Positions 45,134-63,145 of a stretch of DNA of 64,000 bases are shown here, in pieces (within the stretch, counting starts at the first letter, position 1; each line of letters opens with the position of its first letter). Made by a program: the position numbers and the translations under genes. The stretch comes from the human T2T-CHM13v2.0 reference genome, Homo sapiens: assembly GCF_009914755.1 (NCBI RefSeq), contig NC_060925.1; one strand, written 5' to 3'. Below the pieces are notes generated by a model, which saw nothing but the letters and a program-made list of their open reading frames with translations, searched no databases and was not told the DNA's origin.

Positions 45134-46159
45134 CTAATCAGATGGCATTTAAACATCTACAAAAGTTGTAATCCTACTGCATAGGAAAACTGTAATAATT
45201 TAGAATTTAATGATACAGTAAATCAATGAATTGAAGTCAATCAAGTGATCCAGCAACATGGGCAAGGTTGCAGACTTCCGTGAGATGATGGAGGACTTAG
45301 GTAATGTGTAACTACAATTTAGGAGACATGGACTGGGAGACAAATGCATTGGAGCATTGACAAATCAACAGTAAAACAGGGCTCAGGCTGGCAGCTAAGG
45401 TAATTAGGTAAATCCCCTTAAATGTTCACAATGTCAGGCTTCATTCCCTGGCTAAAATCTTAAGTCAAGATGCATCTTGGCTAGTTGTGAAAATAATCTT
45501 CAAAACTACTTATAATGTTAATCTTTTTTACCCTGAGAAGAATAAACACTGTGTAAAAAATGATGCAGCAAATGAAACAGATAACTTTAGTATTTTTGGC
45601 ATTAAGGAATGTATATATTTTTAATATTTTAAATATTCATTATATATATGATAATTTGCCATATTGGAATGTCTAACAGAAACATTTGCTTCTTATATAA
45701 ATGTGTAATTTTGGTAATTGATTTAGACTTACAATCATGGATTGAAATCTTACTAATTTGTAAACAGCATTGGAATATTTAAGAAAATATAGTATTCATC
45801 ACATTTAAAATTTTTAATTTATGAAATTACTAAGAATTCCTTAAGTATCTGAGACTTGTTTGTCCATAAGAAAATTGAAGTACTTAAAAGTCCAATATAT
45901 TAAATTTATAAATGAGATTTAAAATATTTAAGAAAATTTAATTAAATTGCAAAAACTCACTTAGCATGTATTAAAATCTGCTAGACTTAAAAAGAGAATA
46001 ACAAAATATATAATCTAAATGTAAGAACTTAAGATGAACTGTTCGTTTTTTGTAAATCTTATATCATTTGAATATGAATTTTTAAAATCAAAGTAGACTG
46101 AGTAATCTTTTGTACATATAAAGGCTACTGTAGAGAACATTAGAAATAAGAAATAAATT

Positions 46160-46501
<342 letters not shown>

Positions 46502-48585
46502 CTATTGTACATGTGTAAGATGTGATTCTCTATGGCTTGCATGGTATTTGAATTTTCCATTTTATTTCATTGCTTTCTGAAGAGGCTATTTTAATTTCTA
46601 TTACCAGTATATAAATTATTAAATTACTCTTATACTGGCCCCTTTGCCACTTTTCTCTCAAGCAACTTCCTTACCAGTCAAAAAAGTCAACTTATTAGTT
46701 CCTTAAGATGACATGAGCCTTTCCAATTCCTTATCTTTGCTCGAGATTTTCCCTCAGTCAGGAATAACAATTCCAATTTTTCCTTATCTGCAAGGAAAAA
46801 TCCTAAACCTCCAAGCATAGCTGAAATTTAATCTCCTTTGTGAAAACCTTCACAAAAGCATTCTCTTATTTTCCTTTTCCTCTTCCCATTCACCTTCCAA
46901 AAGTCAATTATTCTCCTGCTCTGTGATTCTATAGTAGTTCATTATTTCTGTTCTTTATGACTTGATTATAGTTTCTTGAATATCTATTGTCCCTTTCTTA
47001 GAAACCATGTCTTTTGCTTGTGTGTTTGTTCATTCAGATAGTCATTCAGTATTCACTGAATGCCCATTATGTGCTAGTACTGCGCTAGACACTTACATAT
47101 ATGTTTCCAAGGGGCTCATACTAGTAAGAAAAATAAGTGTACGAAATACTGCAACTTATATTGATAGATTATTGTCACACTTGACAGGTTTTATATATAT
47201 ATATAATATACACACACAAATACGTATATACATTTGATGAAAAGAAAAGAATCAACATGTCAATACTCACAGATTTCTCTTCCACCACTATCTCCAACAC
47301 ACAATAACAAAAATTTTCAAACAACTCAAACCACTCAATTCCCACTCCCAACCACCGCAAATTCAGAGTTTGTGGGCAAGTTCTTAGAGCTCATGTGAGA
47401 TGGACTAAGAGAATCATAGAGACTTTTTTTTAAAAAAAGATGAATTTAGGCTTTGAGGCTACATTTAGAATTGGAGGCTTATGGACAAAAGAAGAAAAAA
47501 AGATTACTATAAACTATGTATTTGGATTCACTTAAACATTTTAAGACATTTGAATAAGAATGGAATTTTCTTTTAATTTCTTTTGGTCATTGAGTTGTGT
47601 ATCTTAGGCAAGTTTCAATGTGGAGATAAATATCCCAGTTCCTGTTAAAATATCTGATACTCAATAAATGTGTGAGAAATGAAAACATGTTTAATATCAT
47701 GAAAAAGCCATTAGGATTACATTCCTCAGAGTAGACTAAAATTACTATGTAAGAAAACCAATGCATTTTGCAAAAAAAATACAGATGATATGGAAAACAG
47801 GTAAGTAAAAAGAAAAACTAAAATTTATCCATGACTCCACCACTAATAACTAATAATTGTAATACAAAGCATGTTAATTTTTTCTCTAGTTTTTCAATGC
47901 ATATTTATTCAACAAGCATTTATTGAATAACTACTATAAGCCAGACACCATACTAGCCCATGGCAATACAACCCAGAAAAAAGAGACAAAAAACACTGTT
48001 TTCATAGAGTTAACATTCTAGGTGTGGGACACAGGCAATTAACAAAATATATAAATAAATTATGTTATAATGCATACATAAATTTATATATAAATAAATA
48101 TAAAATGCATAAGCAAGTTTATGTATATTCAAAGGTGGTAAATGTTATTTAAACAATAAGTCATGAAAGAGTATTGAATAGGGAATGTGAAAGATAGTAG
48201 AGGTTGCAATTTTAAATAAGATGATCAGTAAAGACTTCACTGAGAAAGTGACACTTGAGCAAAGATTTGAAGTAAGTAAAGAAATAAGCCCTGTGAATTT
48301 TAGGCTGGGGAAATGATAAGCATTTTATTTATTTTATTTATTTACTTATTTAACATTTGTAGTCTGTATGGTTGGGACAGAACTCTACCTCCTACATGTG
48401 ACCCAGATCTAATCAATCATCTGATTTCCCTGGCCACATTTCCTTCTTGTTGGATATTTATGTTGTTCTGTTTTCCTTTTCCTTTTCTTTTCTTATCATC
48501 TCATGAGTAATGCTATAGTTAATTTATTTTATTAAATTTATAAACATTTCTATAGGCTAGTCTCAGAAGTGGAATTACTAGTTAA

Positions 48586-48914
<329 letters not shown>

Positions 48915-49875
48915 TTCTCTAAACATTTCTAACAGTCTTGATTCAGATTGTCAAATTGCTTCCAAAAAGTTATACCGATTTCTATTCCAACCACCAGTAT
49001 GAGAGGGCTCATCAAATGTTTGCCAGTACAGAGTAGTCTTATTAAAAAATTATTTTTAAATAAACCTTGTAAATCTGATATGTGAGAATGCTATTAGAAG
49101 TTAATAATATTTTATCTTTTAAATTATTAGTGAGGTTGGATTTTAAAACATATTTACTAGTCATTTTTTGTGAATGACCTGTTCCTGACCATTGCCCATT
49201 TTTTTATTTAAGTCTTGGTGTTTTTTCATATTGATTTGTGCATATTTTTAATATTTTAACATATTTATCATATTTGTGCTAATATTTACCAGATTATTGT
49301 TTATAATAACAATCTAAACATAAGAAATAGAGAAAAAATGAAAATTTTAAATTGAAAACTTTTTTTAAATAATAGGCATCTATTGACACTGAGTTGTCTG
49401 TCAAAGTTCGACACAAAACTTGGGTATTTGAAGAACGTGGAATAAGAGAATATGATAATGCTAATCCAACAGAAATAAATGCCCATTTCAGGAACATTGG
49501 AAAATATCTAAAAATAGAATTATTTTATGTAACAATCTTTTAATACATGACGTAAACTTCTTTGAATATCTTTAAGAATTATTAAGTCCCAATTACATAC
49601 TAGGCACAATTTTAGGTTATCCCATATAATATTTACAATTATTTTGCTCACCAACATTATTATTCTCATTATCTTTTACAGATAAATAAGACGAGGCTGA
49701 AAAAAAAAAATAACCCTAGTAGGCACCATGTATAGAAGTTAGCAACTCCTGGAATTTATGTTCTTTTATTATATTACACCTAAGATATTGAGAAATGTAA
49801 ATCCTTTGCATGCTACAAAAGTATAACTGAATAGACTAATAAAATGACACAAATTTTTTTACTCTTGAGTCTTAC

Positions 49876-50032
49876 CCGGCCAGTTTCCAAAACAGTAGGC
49901 ATATTTCTCAGTTCATACACAGAAACCTGTCCATCACTGTCTCCTACCAGAAGGCAATCTGTTTGTTTGGCAAAGAGAATGGTTGTGAACTTGATTCCAG
50001 GGTTAGCAGTATTCACAATCAGAGGGTCCAAA
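49876..50032 (-). CDS. DNAI4: DNAI4/WDR78 penultimate coding exon (WD40)
   Basis: AG/GTAAG boundaries; (T)LDPLIVNTANPGIKFTTILFAKQTDCLLVGDSDGQVSVYELRNMPTVLETGR. Confidence 0.93.
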
Positions 50033-50284
50033 CTGTAATGAAATATTTTATTTGTAAATTCAATTGTTATATTAATATGGTCTTTTAAATAGACAAAGAA
50101 AAATTTGACATTTTTTAAATTAAATGTAACAAAAACCATAAGCCTATTTAAGTGTTTCCAAACTCAAAATAACTGCTCCTCACTCCTTACTCAATCAAAA
50201 CCTTCATTTCTTCAATGAACTAATTTCAACCAGGTAAATTAAAGTACTTCACAATTAAGATGTGAACTCATAAATTTAAACTTC

Positions 50285-52658
<2,374 letters not shown>

Positions 52659-52684
52659 AACTTCTTAAATAATAACTGTCTTTT

Positions 52685-52992
<308 letters not shown>

Positions 52993-53814
52993 TAATAACT
53001 GTCTTTTAACAGAATAATGTTTTTATCCAAATGAACCTCTGGAACGTACAAGTACATTTTGAACAAGAAGTTTTCCTAGTCTTCGTCATCTAAAGCAATC
53101 TACCTAGTGTCCTCAAAAGAAGACAAGTAGCAAGTTTGCATACTTCTTTTAAAAATGTGTTGTCCTGGGAATTACAGTTTTTCCAGAAAAATTACAATCA
53201 GAGGTGGGATTATTTAAGAAGCCACTTTATACATTAGTCACCTCATACTTGTAATCCTTGATTTGTAATCCTTGGTTCATACTGTTTTGTAAAACAAACC
53301 AGGACAAAATTTTAAAGTTACTGAATTATCAATTCCTAGCAAAAAATTTTCTCATAAAGAATAAATCCATTGAATTTGACATCATTTCTTTCAAACAAGA
53401 ATTTATTTTCTTGCTTTTGCTAAAAACTAGCATAAAGATATATTATAATTTCCAACTGAAAAAGCAGAACCATTAACGTTTTTATTTCAACATTGTATTA
53501 AGTTTTCATATTAGGAAGAATAAATTAATTTAGACAATCCTCTAATAACTTTGGTGTAATATCTTAAATCAAAAATTTTAATTAAGTTCATACCCCTCTG
53601 AATATTTTTGAAACAAGGTAAGAGCATAAGTAAATGTTGCAAAAATAATTACTTTGTCCCTTTTTTCTACTGTAGAAAATTTTTAGTTAAAAATGTAAAA
53701 ATGCCTGTGTATGTTTCTCTAAACCAGGCAATGAATAAGAACTCAAGATAGCTATTATATCCTATATCGTCCTATAAAAGTTTGAGGAGATGAGTAAGGT
53801 AAACCACTTTCTTT

Positions 53815-54109
53815 AGTCTTTTTTTTTTGAGACAGAGTCTCACTGTGTTGCCCAGGTTGGAGTACACTGGCGCAATCTTGGCTCACTGCAACCTCTGCCT
53901 CTTGGGTTGAAATGATTCTCCTGTTTCAGGCTTCCGAGTAGCTGGAACTACAGGTGCATGCCACCACACCTGGCTAGTTTTTGTATTTTGGTAGAGATGG
54001 GGTTTTGCCATGTTGGCCAGGCTGGTCTTGAACTCTTGACCTCAAGTGATCCTCCCGCCTCAGCCTCCCAAAGTACCAGGATTACAGGTGTGAGCCACTG
54101 CGCCCAGCC
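53815..54109 (-). mobile_element. AluS
   Basis: Reverse Alu; TSD AAGGTAAAC(C/T)ACTTTC. Confidence 0.9.
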
Positions 54110-54332
54110 AAGGTAAACTACTTTCATTCAAATACTTTTAAAACCACATATGGTATAAATAATTGACATTAATATAGCATCCTGGCATTATCTTTATTCA
54201 TAAAGGACTCTCATAAACTATTACTTCTTTTAAAGTAACTACAATACCCTCTAACTGGTGTCAAAACTATCAGGTATCACTTAGTTTGAACTGCTTCTAC
54301 TATAAATATATGCAAGAAAAATAGTAACTTAC

Positions 54333-54559
54333 GTGCTGATATGAAGGTCCCAAATCTCCACCCTGTTCTCATTTGCAGCTGCAAATATATAGGATGATTT
54401 TGGAGACCAGGCAACGTCGTAAACAACAGAAGTAGCTGGATAAAAACTCAAAGATGGCTTGACATTCTCCTGTTGCCATATAATAACACCCCAATCTGCA
54501 GAACAGCTTAAAAATACATCATGACAAAATGGATTCCATGTCACTTTATACACTGGACC
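54333..54559 (-). CDS. DNAI4: DNAI4/WDR78 coding exon (WD40)
   Basis: GPVYKVTWNPFCHDVFLSCSADWGVIIW...VYDVAWSP...VEIWDLHIS; canonical splice sites, 227 nt; the SADW motif is typical of dynein intermediate chains. Confidence 0.95.
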
Positions 54560-54881
54560 CTAGAAATAAAAAAAAAATACATAGGTAAATAATATTTAAC
54601 ATCTTTTATTTTAAACTTGACCAGCAAATTAAAAATGCTAAGATTTCTAGATTTTCACACTATTCATTATTGTGTGGGCATTATTTTAGTTGAGAATAAG
54701 ATCACAGATTGAATCTTCCCTAAATTATTACATTTAGAAACATAAAAATATAGTTGCTACAATATTCACTAAATTTAACACATATTATGCATACTTTGAA
54801 AAAATAAAGAGTATTAAGAAAAAAAAGAAATGAGGGAGAAAATGAAGAAAATGTGGCTGAAACAATCATGACAAGATATAT

Positions 54882-55022
54882 AGCCAGGTGCAGTGGTGTT
54901 TGCCTGTAGTCCCAGCTGCTTTAGAGGCTAAAGTGGGAAGATCAAGTGGAAGATAAAGTGGAAGTTCAAGGTCAGCCTGGGTAACAGTGAGACCCATCTC
55001 TTAAAAAAAACATTAAAAAAAA
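54882..55022 (+). mobile_element. Alu monomer fragment
   Basis: AGCCAGGTGCAGTGGTG..TGCCTGTAGTCCCAGCT...CAGCCTGGG followed by an A-tail. Confidence 0.7.
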
Positions 55023-55324
55023 TAAGCTATAGAGACTAGGTATGGGTGAAAGACAATTTTACTTTAGGATCAGCATGTTATCATAAGCAAAGTCTTTTAG
55101 AAACAAAACTTCCAAACTTTCAAGAAGAAATCAAGGATATCTAGAAGTCAAATAAAATGCCCCGTACATTATTGGTGGTTTCCATAGAAGAAAACACTTA
55201 ATTCAAGATGGTATTTTTAACTCTGAAGTTGTAAATTTATTGCATATTACATATTCTGTATATAATGGTACTGTTTTTTCAGAAATACAAAATAAATGTT
55301 CCAACCTACTATAATTAAACTAAC

Positions 55325-55423
55325 CTTATGTCCTCTGTAGGTATCTAAGTATTGTTCATTATATGAACAAGAACATTTGTGAATATGACCTTCTTCAGTG
55401 CCAGCCAAATAGATATTTGTGTC
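55325..55423 (-). CDS. DNAI4: DNAI4/WDR78 coding exon
   Basis: DTNIYLAGTEEGHIHKCSCSYNEQYLDTYRGHK, 99 nt, phase 0/0; GTEEG dynein-IC motif. Confidence 0.95.
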
Positions 55424-56464
55424 CTACAACACAAAACATCGAAATGCATTGGCTTGTGATACATTAGTAAGTGTGATAAATAGAAGATTAGATATTTCTG
55501 GATCTATTAAAATCAATTCAAGAACCCAAAATAAAAACACTATCTTGAATATACCAATCTTGTCTTTTTCTTTTGTCATGATTTTGTAATAATCAAACTA
55601 CCTGAGAGACTACTGTGCAAAAGAAAATATAAATTGGTCCTTTGCTGGAATCGGGGTAGCATTTAATATCCTGTATGGAAATTACATAGAAAAACACTGG
55701 CTTAAAATAAATAAGAAACTTTCTAACATTTAGAGCTACCTGACAATGGAACTAGCAGTCCAGGGAAATAGTAAGTGCTCTTTCATTACAACTATTCCAA
55801 GAAAAGACAGATATACACTTTCAAACTACATGATATTGAAAAAAGAAAAAAATAAATTATATGATAAAGTATAATTTCTCCCAAATTGGTATGACCAATA
55901 CATATTCCCAGACAGTCGTATATAAAAGTGATCTGACTCACATTCTCTTCAACAGTTAGTTACATCAGAAATCTTAAATGTTGCCATTCTATTAGATGTA
56001 AAATTATATCACCTGTTTTTAATTCCTAATTATGTGAATATCAATAAGGTGGAGCACTTTACGTTCCTTGGCCACTTGTGTTTCCTCTTATTTTGTGTCC
56101 CGATAATTTTAGTAATAATACGTCTTGTTATTTTTCATTTGTATAAGTTCTTTATATATTCTAGAATCTATTGCTTTGTCTATAACATGTTATAAATATC
56201 TTCTCTCAGTGTATGATTTACCTTTTTATTTTCTTTTTACTGTCTTCGATGAACATAAGTTTTCATTTTCTGTTATATTTAGCATTTTTTGTGCTTTAAG
56301 AAATCTTTCCCTACCTTAAGGTCCTAGAGATATTTTCCTACATTTTCTTCTGAAAGGTTTTTGTGTATGATAGGATAGAAATCGAATTCCTTTTTTAATA
56401 TGGATACTTATTATTCTAACACCATTTATAAGTGGTCATTTTTCGCTAGCGATCTTCAAGGTCA

Positions 56465-56690
56465 CTGTTGAAAGTTGGGTTTCCCAGCAAATAAACTCTG
56501 AGATTTCATGCCAGAGTGTTAGGGAGTGCTCTCAGGAACAACCTCTATGTGGGAAACAGGAATGGGCAGATATTTCAGTTGAGCCGTGACGCAGTTGCAA
56601 TCAAGGGCTTAGTCCAAAGTATAAGAAGCTCTGGAGAGAAGATGGCCCTTCAGAGTCCTGTCTCAAGATAAGGAGGCCAGATATTTTATA
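56465..56690 (-). mobile_element. LTR16-like ERVL LTR fragment
   Basis: GGGAGTGCTCTCAGGAACAAC...GCAGTTGCAA...AGCTCTGGAG...GATGGCCCTTCAGAGT. Confidence 0.55.
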
Positions 56691-56709
56691 TATGCCCCCT
56701 TCAAGCAAG

Positions 56710-59380
56710 ATGTTAGACTCAAACCTAACCATACTAATAATCAAACTAAATGTAAATGATCTTAGCAGCGTAATTAAAAGGCAGTGATTTTAAGATTGTA
56801 TAAAAAGGTGAGACCCAATTATATGCTACCTACAAAAAAATTTAAGTATAAAGAGACAAATAGGTTAAAAGAAAAAGCATAAAAAATGACAAACCAGGCT
56901 AACACCAGTTAAAAGTAAGCTGAAGTGGCTATACTAATATCATGCTAAGTAGATTTCAGAGTAAAAAAAATCACAAGTTATAAATAGGGCCATTTCATAG
57001 TGATAAAGGAGTTAATTGATCAATAGGACATAATAATGCTAAATATATGTATGTACCTAATAAGAAAGCATCAAGATACACAAAGCAAAACTGATAGAAT
57101 TACAAGGAAAAATAGACAAATCTACAATTATGGTTGGAGACTTTATTACCTCTTTCTCAATAATTGAAAGAAGTAGGAAGAAAATCAGCAAAGAGAAGTA
57201 ATCTTGAACAACATTATCAGCCAATTTAACCTGAATGACATTTATAGAATATTCTAACCAAGAAAAGCATAATACATATTTTTCTCAAGTATACAGGGAA
57301 TATTTACCAATATAGACCACATACTGGGCTTTATAACAAATCTTAATAAATTCACGGAGTTCAGTTTATAAAAAGTATTTTCTCTAATTATGGTGGGATT
57401 GAATTAGAAATTGGTAACAGAAAGAACTTTGGAAAATCCCCAAATATCTGGAAACTAAATAACATGCTTCTAAATAACCCACCCATCAAAGAAGAAATCA
57501 AGGGTGAAACTGGTAATTTGAACAGAATGAAAATGAAAATGTAACATATCAGAATTTTTGGGATGCTGCTAAAGCAATACTTAGGGAAAAATTACAGCAG
57601 AAATAACTACATTAGAAAAGAAAAAAGTCATAAATCAATGACCTCCACTTTCATTCTAAAAAATTAGAAAAACAAGAACAAATTAAAACCAAAGTAAAGA
57701 AAAGAAATAATAAGGATCAAAGTGGAAATTGATGATAAAGAAAACAAAAAAAAAATAGTGAAAACCAATTAAGTCAAAAGCCATCTCTTTGAGTTCAATA
57801 GAATTGATAAACATAAGTCAGACTAATCAGGAAAAAAGAGAAGACACAAATTACTAATATTAGGAATCACAGAGTGGTGTCATGGTTTATGCCTATAACC
57901 CCAGCACTTTGGGAGGCCAGGGCAGGAGGATCACTTGAGCCCAGGAGTTTGACACCAGCCTGGACACCATAGCAAGACTACATCACTACAAAAATAAAAA
58001 TAAATTAGGCCAGGCGCGGTGGCCGAAGCCTGTAATCCCAGCATTTTGGGAGGCCAAGGCAGAAGGATCACTTGAGGTCAGGAGTTTGAGACCAGCCTGG
58101 CCAATATGGTGAAACCCTGTCCCTACTAAAAAAAATTCAAAAAAGTAGCTGGGTGTGGTGGTGCACACCCGTAATCCCAACTACTCAGGGGACTGAGGTG
58201 GGAGAATTGCTTGAACCCAGGAGGCGGAGGTTGCAGTGAGCCAAGATCACTCCACTGCACTCCAACCTGGACTATAGGGTGAGACCCTGTCTCAAAAAAA
58301 AATAAATAAATAAATAAAATAAAATAAATAAAATAATAAATTAGCTAGGCATGGTGGTGTGTGGCTGTAATCCCAGTTGTTTAGGAGGCTGACGTGGGAG
58401 GATAGCTTGAGCCCAGGAGTTCAGAGTTACAGTGAGCTATAATCATACCACTGCACTCCAGCCTAGATGACAGAGTGAGACTCTGTCACAAAAAAAAAAA
58501 AAAAAAAAAAATTAGAGGTGAGATTACTATATATTCCACAACTGTTAAAGGATGCTAAGGGAGTATTATGTCAATAGATTCCACAACTTCAATAAAATAG
58601 ACAAATTCCTTAAAAGACAGAAATTACCAAAGCTCACTCAAGAAGCAATAGATAACCATAATAACCCTATATATACTAAAATTTGATTTTGTAGTTAAAA
58701 ATTAAAAATCTCCCCACAAAGAAAACTCCAGGCCCAGATGGCTAATTCTATTAAGTATATAATGAAGAAATCATACTAATTTTATGAAAATTCTTTCTAA
58801 AAGGAATTCTACGCAGGCATGATTACCCTGATAGTAAAGTCAAAGATGTCACAAGAAAACTATAGATCAATCTCTCTTCTAACCAAAGATTCAAAAATTC
58901 TAAACAAAATTTCAGTATATCAAATGTATTCGTATATTAAAAGGGTAGTAAACAGCAATCAAATAAAGTTTATTCCAGGGATAAACATTCAAAAAATCAA
59001 TCTACTTCACCAGATTAACAAACTTGAAAAGAAAAACTATATGATCATCTTTATACATACGGAAAAGTGTTTAACAAAATCCAACATCCATTCCAAATAA
59101 GAACCACCCAACAAACTAGGAATGTAATGGAACTCCCTCAATCTGATTAATTCTGTCTACAAAAAGCCTTCATCTGACACCATACCTAATAGTAAAAGGC
59201 TAAATACTTTTCCTCTAAGATCAGGAACAATACAGGAATGCATGCTTTCATCATCTTTACTCATCACTGTACTGGAGGTTGTAACCAGTGCAATCGTACA
59301 AGAAAGAGAAATAAAGGCAAGCAGGTTAGAAAGAAAGAAGTAAAACTGTTTTTATTTACAGACCATATGATCATCTTGAA
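56710..59380 (+). mobile_element. Old L1M ORF2 (EN to RT) with nested Alus
   Basis: Degenerate EN start (CTAAATGTAAATG) and RT peptides (ENYRSISL...KILNKI, FIPG); interrupted at about 57870-58510. Confidence 0.8.
57872..58510 (+). mobile_element. AluJ with an AluS inserted into its A-rich linker
   Basis: J left arm about 57872-58007, full AluS about 58008-58325, J right arm about 58335-58510. Confidence 0.88.
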
Positions 59381-59414
59381 TTCCTTATGCAAAGGACACC
59401 TCAGGACACTAGAC

Positions 59415-59675
59415 TAGGTTGTCTCAACCAAGCATTATTGACATTTTGGGCCAGATAATTCTCTGCTGGGGACTGATGTGCACTGGGAGGGTGGTGGCTG
59501 CCTGTACATTGAAGGATATTTAGCAACATCTCTGGCATCTTCCCAGAGATACTGGTAGCCCTTCCCCACCCTCACCTCAATTCCTGACAGCTGCAACAGC
59601 CACAAATATCTCCAATCATTGCCAAATGTTCCCTAACGGGAAAATTCTCCCCTCCCTGCCCACATTGAGAACTAG
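59415..59675. mobile_element. MER20 (hAT-Charlie)
   Basis: CATTATTGACATTTTGGGCCAGATAATTCT...CATTGCCAAATGT...TTGAGAAC. Confidence 0.75.
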
Positions 59676-59997
59676 AGTCAAAGTTAAGGTGAATTAAAGG
59701 AATTTGAGAATGAAGGAAGTTAGAAGATGGCTGTAGTAGTAAAAGTAAAAAATAAGACAGATCTGAACTACATTAGCAATAGCAGGCTTGGGCTGGAAGG
59801 GATGGGACAATCAAATTTTAAGTATCATTTAGATGATAGGGTAGAATAGAGGAGCTCAAGTTTTGGTTTGCATAATGAGGTAGATGATGGTGTCACCAAA
59901 GAGATGATCATATTACATGTAACAGAAAACATGGAACACATGTTCTGAAAAAGCCTATCATAGTGGCTGAATATTCTGATTCCAAAGTATCTCCAGA

Positions 59998-60344
59998 CTG
60001 ATAGAGAGTACAAGGATGGTTACCAGAGGCTGGGAAAGGTAGTTGGGGGTAGGGCAGTGGTGGGGATGGTTAATGGGTACAAAGAAATAGAATGAATGAA
60101 TAATGTCTAGTATTTTATAGCACAACAGAGTGACTATAGTCAATAATAATTTAATTGTACACTTTAAGAGAACTAAAAGAGTATAATTGGATTGTTTGTA
60201 ACACAAAGGATAAATGCTTGAAGGGATGGATACCCCATATTCTATGATGTGATTATTACTCATTGCATGCCTGTATCAAAACATCACATGTACCCCATAA
60301 ATATATATACCTTCTGTGTACTCATAAAAATTAAAAATAAAAAA
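59998..60344 (+). mobile_element. L1MA (about MA2) 3' end with an intact TSD
   Basis: AACTAAAAGAGTATAATTGGATTGTTTGTAACACAAAGGATAAATGCTTG; perfect 15-bp TSD CAAAGTATCTCCAGA at 59983-59997 and 60345-60359. Confidence 0.85.
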
Positions 60345-60734
60345 CAAAGTATCTCCAGATAAAAGAAAAAGGAGGACTTCATTAACTGTGCTCTGATTTG
60401 ATGCTTGGTAAACATGAAATTAAGTAGTCTTTCTAATCCCCAAATCCTGAGAGTCACCACGTGAATTGAAATGTAGAAGACTATATACAAGTGGATTAGG
60501 TTTCTGTAAGTATGATAGAGCAGCAGAGTGGCCAAGGGGGGCAGGGAGAGGCACTTGAGTTAAGCACAAAGTTGTAAAGAGAATTTTTCCATAGTTACTC
60601 AGAAATATATACCTCTCATCTATCTATCTGCAAAAGCAGATAAAGATCATAGTATAGCCAACTAGAATGTACCATTCCACCTTAGGTTAGCAGCTAAATC
60701 TGTCATTTTTTCACTTACAAAGCACAATTTTAAA

Positions 60735-60985
60735 AAAAAGCTTTATTGGAATATAATTCACATATCATATAATTCACACATGTCAAGTATATAATCCAAT
60801 AGTTTCTAGTTTGTTCATAGAGTTGTGCAATCATCACCACAATCAATTTTAGAACAGTTTCATCATCCCCCAAAAAACTCTATTATCATTAGTAAGTCAT
60901 TCCCTATTTTTCCCTCCCTCCTCACCTATTCTTCCACCTGCATCCCCTAGCCCAGGCAATCATTTATCTACTTTCTGTCTCTAAT
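60735..60985 (-). mobile_element. L1MB-type 3' end
   Basis: GCTTTATTG..ATATAATTCACATA...GTTGTGCAATCATCACCACAATCAATTTTAGAAC. Confidence 0.75.
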
Positions 60986-61100
60986 ATATTAGGCACAGTA
61001 TTCATTAACAGGCTAATATTTGGTCTTGTTTTATGACTTAATACACTTCAATTTTTGGAAATTGTTATGTCCAGTGGTAAATAAGAGTGAAATAATTTAC

Positions 61101-61222
61101 CTTGGGATGAAAAGCAAAACACATTCCAGGAGCCTGTCGAGATATCAAAGCTTCATCTTTCTTTTCCTTTTCCCCTCCTTTTTTGTTACTGGCAGCTGTA
61201 GTTCTCTTTAATCGCATCAAAT
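61101..61222 (-). CDS. DNAI4: DNAI4/WDR78 coding exon
   Basis: (D)LMRLKRTTAASNKKGGEKEKKDEALISRQAPGMCFAFHPK; 122 nt, phase 1/0. Confidence 0.93.
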
Positions 61223-61506
61223 CTGTATTTAAAGAAAAACATATATAACTTGTTATTTACCACATGAAAGAGTACCGCAAATATCATGTGTGTTTCTCCT
61301 GCAAATAATAATATTAGTTCTGCCAACTTTTGCATGTAATTAGGCTAAAATTAGCACACACCAGAACTAGCTGCTTAGAAAAACCATGACCAACCCAATT
61401 TTTTTCTTATTGGCCAAACCAAAATTTGTCATCTTTCACACATGGTTAACTAGAAAATTTTAATTCAGCACGTAACAAGAAAAATATAACTTGATTTTTC
61501 TTTTAC

Positions 61507-61664
61507 CATAACAGTCTAGTCCTTTTCGTATAACCCATTTGGAGATTCTTCCATCTGCTGATATAGAAACTAGTATTTCTCTTTTGCCATCTCCTGTTGT
61601 TCCTCGATCTTGTTCTATCCACTGTAGTTGCCATACAGGTCCCAAATGTTTTTGAGGTGATTCA
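61507..61664 (-). CDS. DNAI4: DNAI4/WDR78 coding exon
   Basis: (S)ESPQKHLGPVWQLQWIEQD...LVSISADGRISKWVIRKGLDCY; 158 nt, phase 2/1. Confidence 0.94.
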
Positions 61665-62708
61665 CTAAAACAGTAAAAAAAATACTAAACATATAATCAT
61701 TATAATAATTTCTTAAAGGCCTTGGAGTATAAGTGATAAGGTCAGCTTTCTAGAAGATCATGACCTATTTATATAATCCTTTTATTGTTCAAAAATAGAC
61801 TTTTATTTTAAATATTTTTAAAAAAGAAAAGACAACCACTTTTCTACTTAATACTCACTGTTATTTTTTGTACTTCTTACAAAAGAAAAATTGTACTGGT
61901 CTTTAACTATATTAGCTATCATAACAGGAATACAAAAGCAAAAATGTTCTTTCTTTTCAGAATCTACTTTTCTTACTCTATTCATTAATTCTTTCTGACT
62001 TTTACTTTATTTTAGACACATGGAATATAAGTATTTTCATCTTTATGATGTTTCTATGAATTAAGTTGTTAATCATTTAAATCTTATCCAGGTAAACAAT
62101 TCTTCTTTCTATATTTCACTCTTCCTCCTATGCTTCAAGATTGCCCATTGGTTTGACTCTCTCTATGGATTAGAGTTAAAATTTTTCTGAAAAATTAAAC
62201 TCACTTCTCAGATTACTGACTCTTTTCCTATCAGATTAATGTGATGTTCTTTTCGTGGTACTGACTACCTTGATTTTTAATACAAACCCTCCAATGAAAT
62301 CAATTCTGAACATTTTTAAAATCATACATATCTTTGATTTTTTGGTGAAAATTATAGACCCTCTTCCCAGAAACAAGCACAAAGGCCTATGCTTACAAAA
62401 CTGCAAATAATTTGAAAGTTAAGTTTAGGAACCTCTGCTTTAATGGTTATTTCTAGTTCTAGCTAAGTTTATTCAAACACTTTTACAAACATGCCCCATT
62501 GGTATCTTGTCTATTACAAAAACCTAGCCTTTTTAATATCTTTCACCTCTAACTTTTTGGCTTTCCTCATATGACTCATTTATTCATCAATTACTCATCA
62601 AACACTTACTGGACTCCTGTTACATGTCCAATGTTATATGACATGCTGATGACAGAAAGGTATGTAAGATTCAATCCTTGCTCTCAAGGAACTTATACCC
62701 TCCTTAGA

Positions 62709-62709
62709 C

Positions 62710-62763
<54 letters not shown>

Positions 62764-62770
62764 GATAGAT
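62709..62770. repeat. (GATA)n microsatellite
   Basis: Direct reading, about 13 perfect units. Confidence 0.93.
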
Positions 62771-63145
62771 TTACATATATACACATAAATAATTTTTACA
62801 TACAATGTGATAAGCACTATGATAAAGGTATGTATAGGTTGCACAAAAGAAAGGAATGGGAACATTTTCTGGAAGAAGTGAAACCCAAAGCAATAGTTTA
62901 AGAATAAGCATAAACTGTCAAGTCAGAGGAAGTTCGTTAGTGAGATGGGCAGAGAAGAAGTTGAAGGAGCTATTAGGACAGACCATTCCAGCTGGAGAGA
63001 CAATATGAGGGATTATGAAATGTTTCAAAAATAATGGTATCACTCTCAGTAACAACAAAAATATTTACTCAAAACTAAATAACATTAGAGTAAATCCTCC
63101 TGAAAAAGCATGTATTATACATTTATCTAATTCTCGGATTCTTAC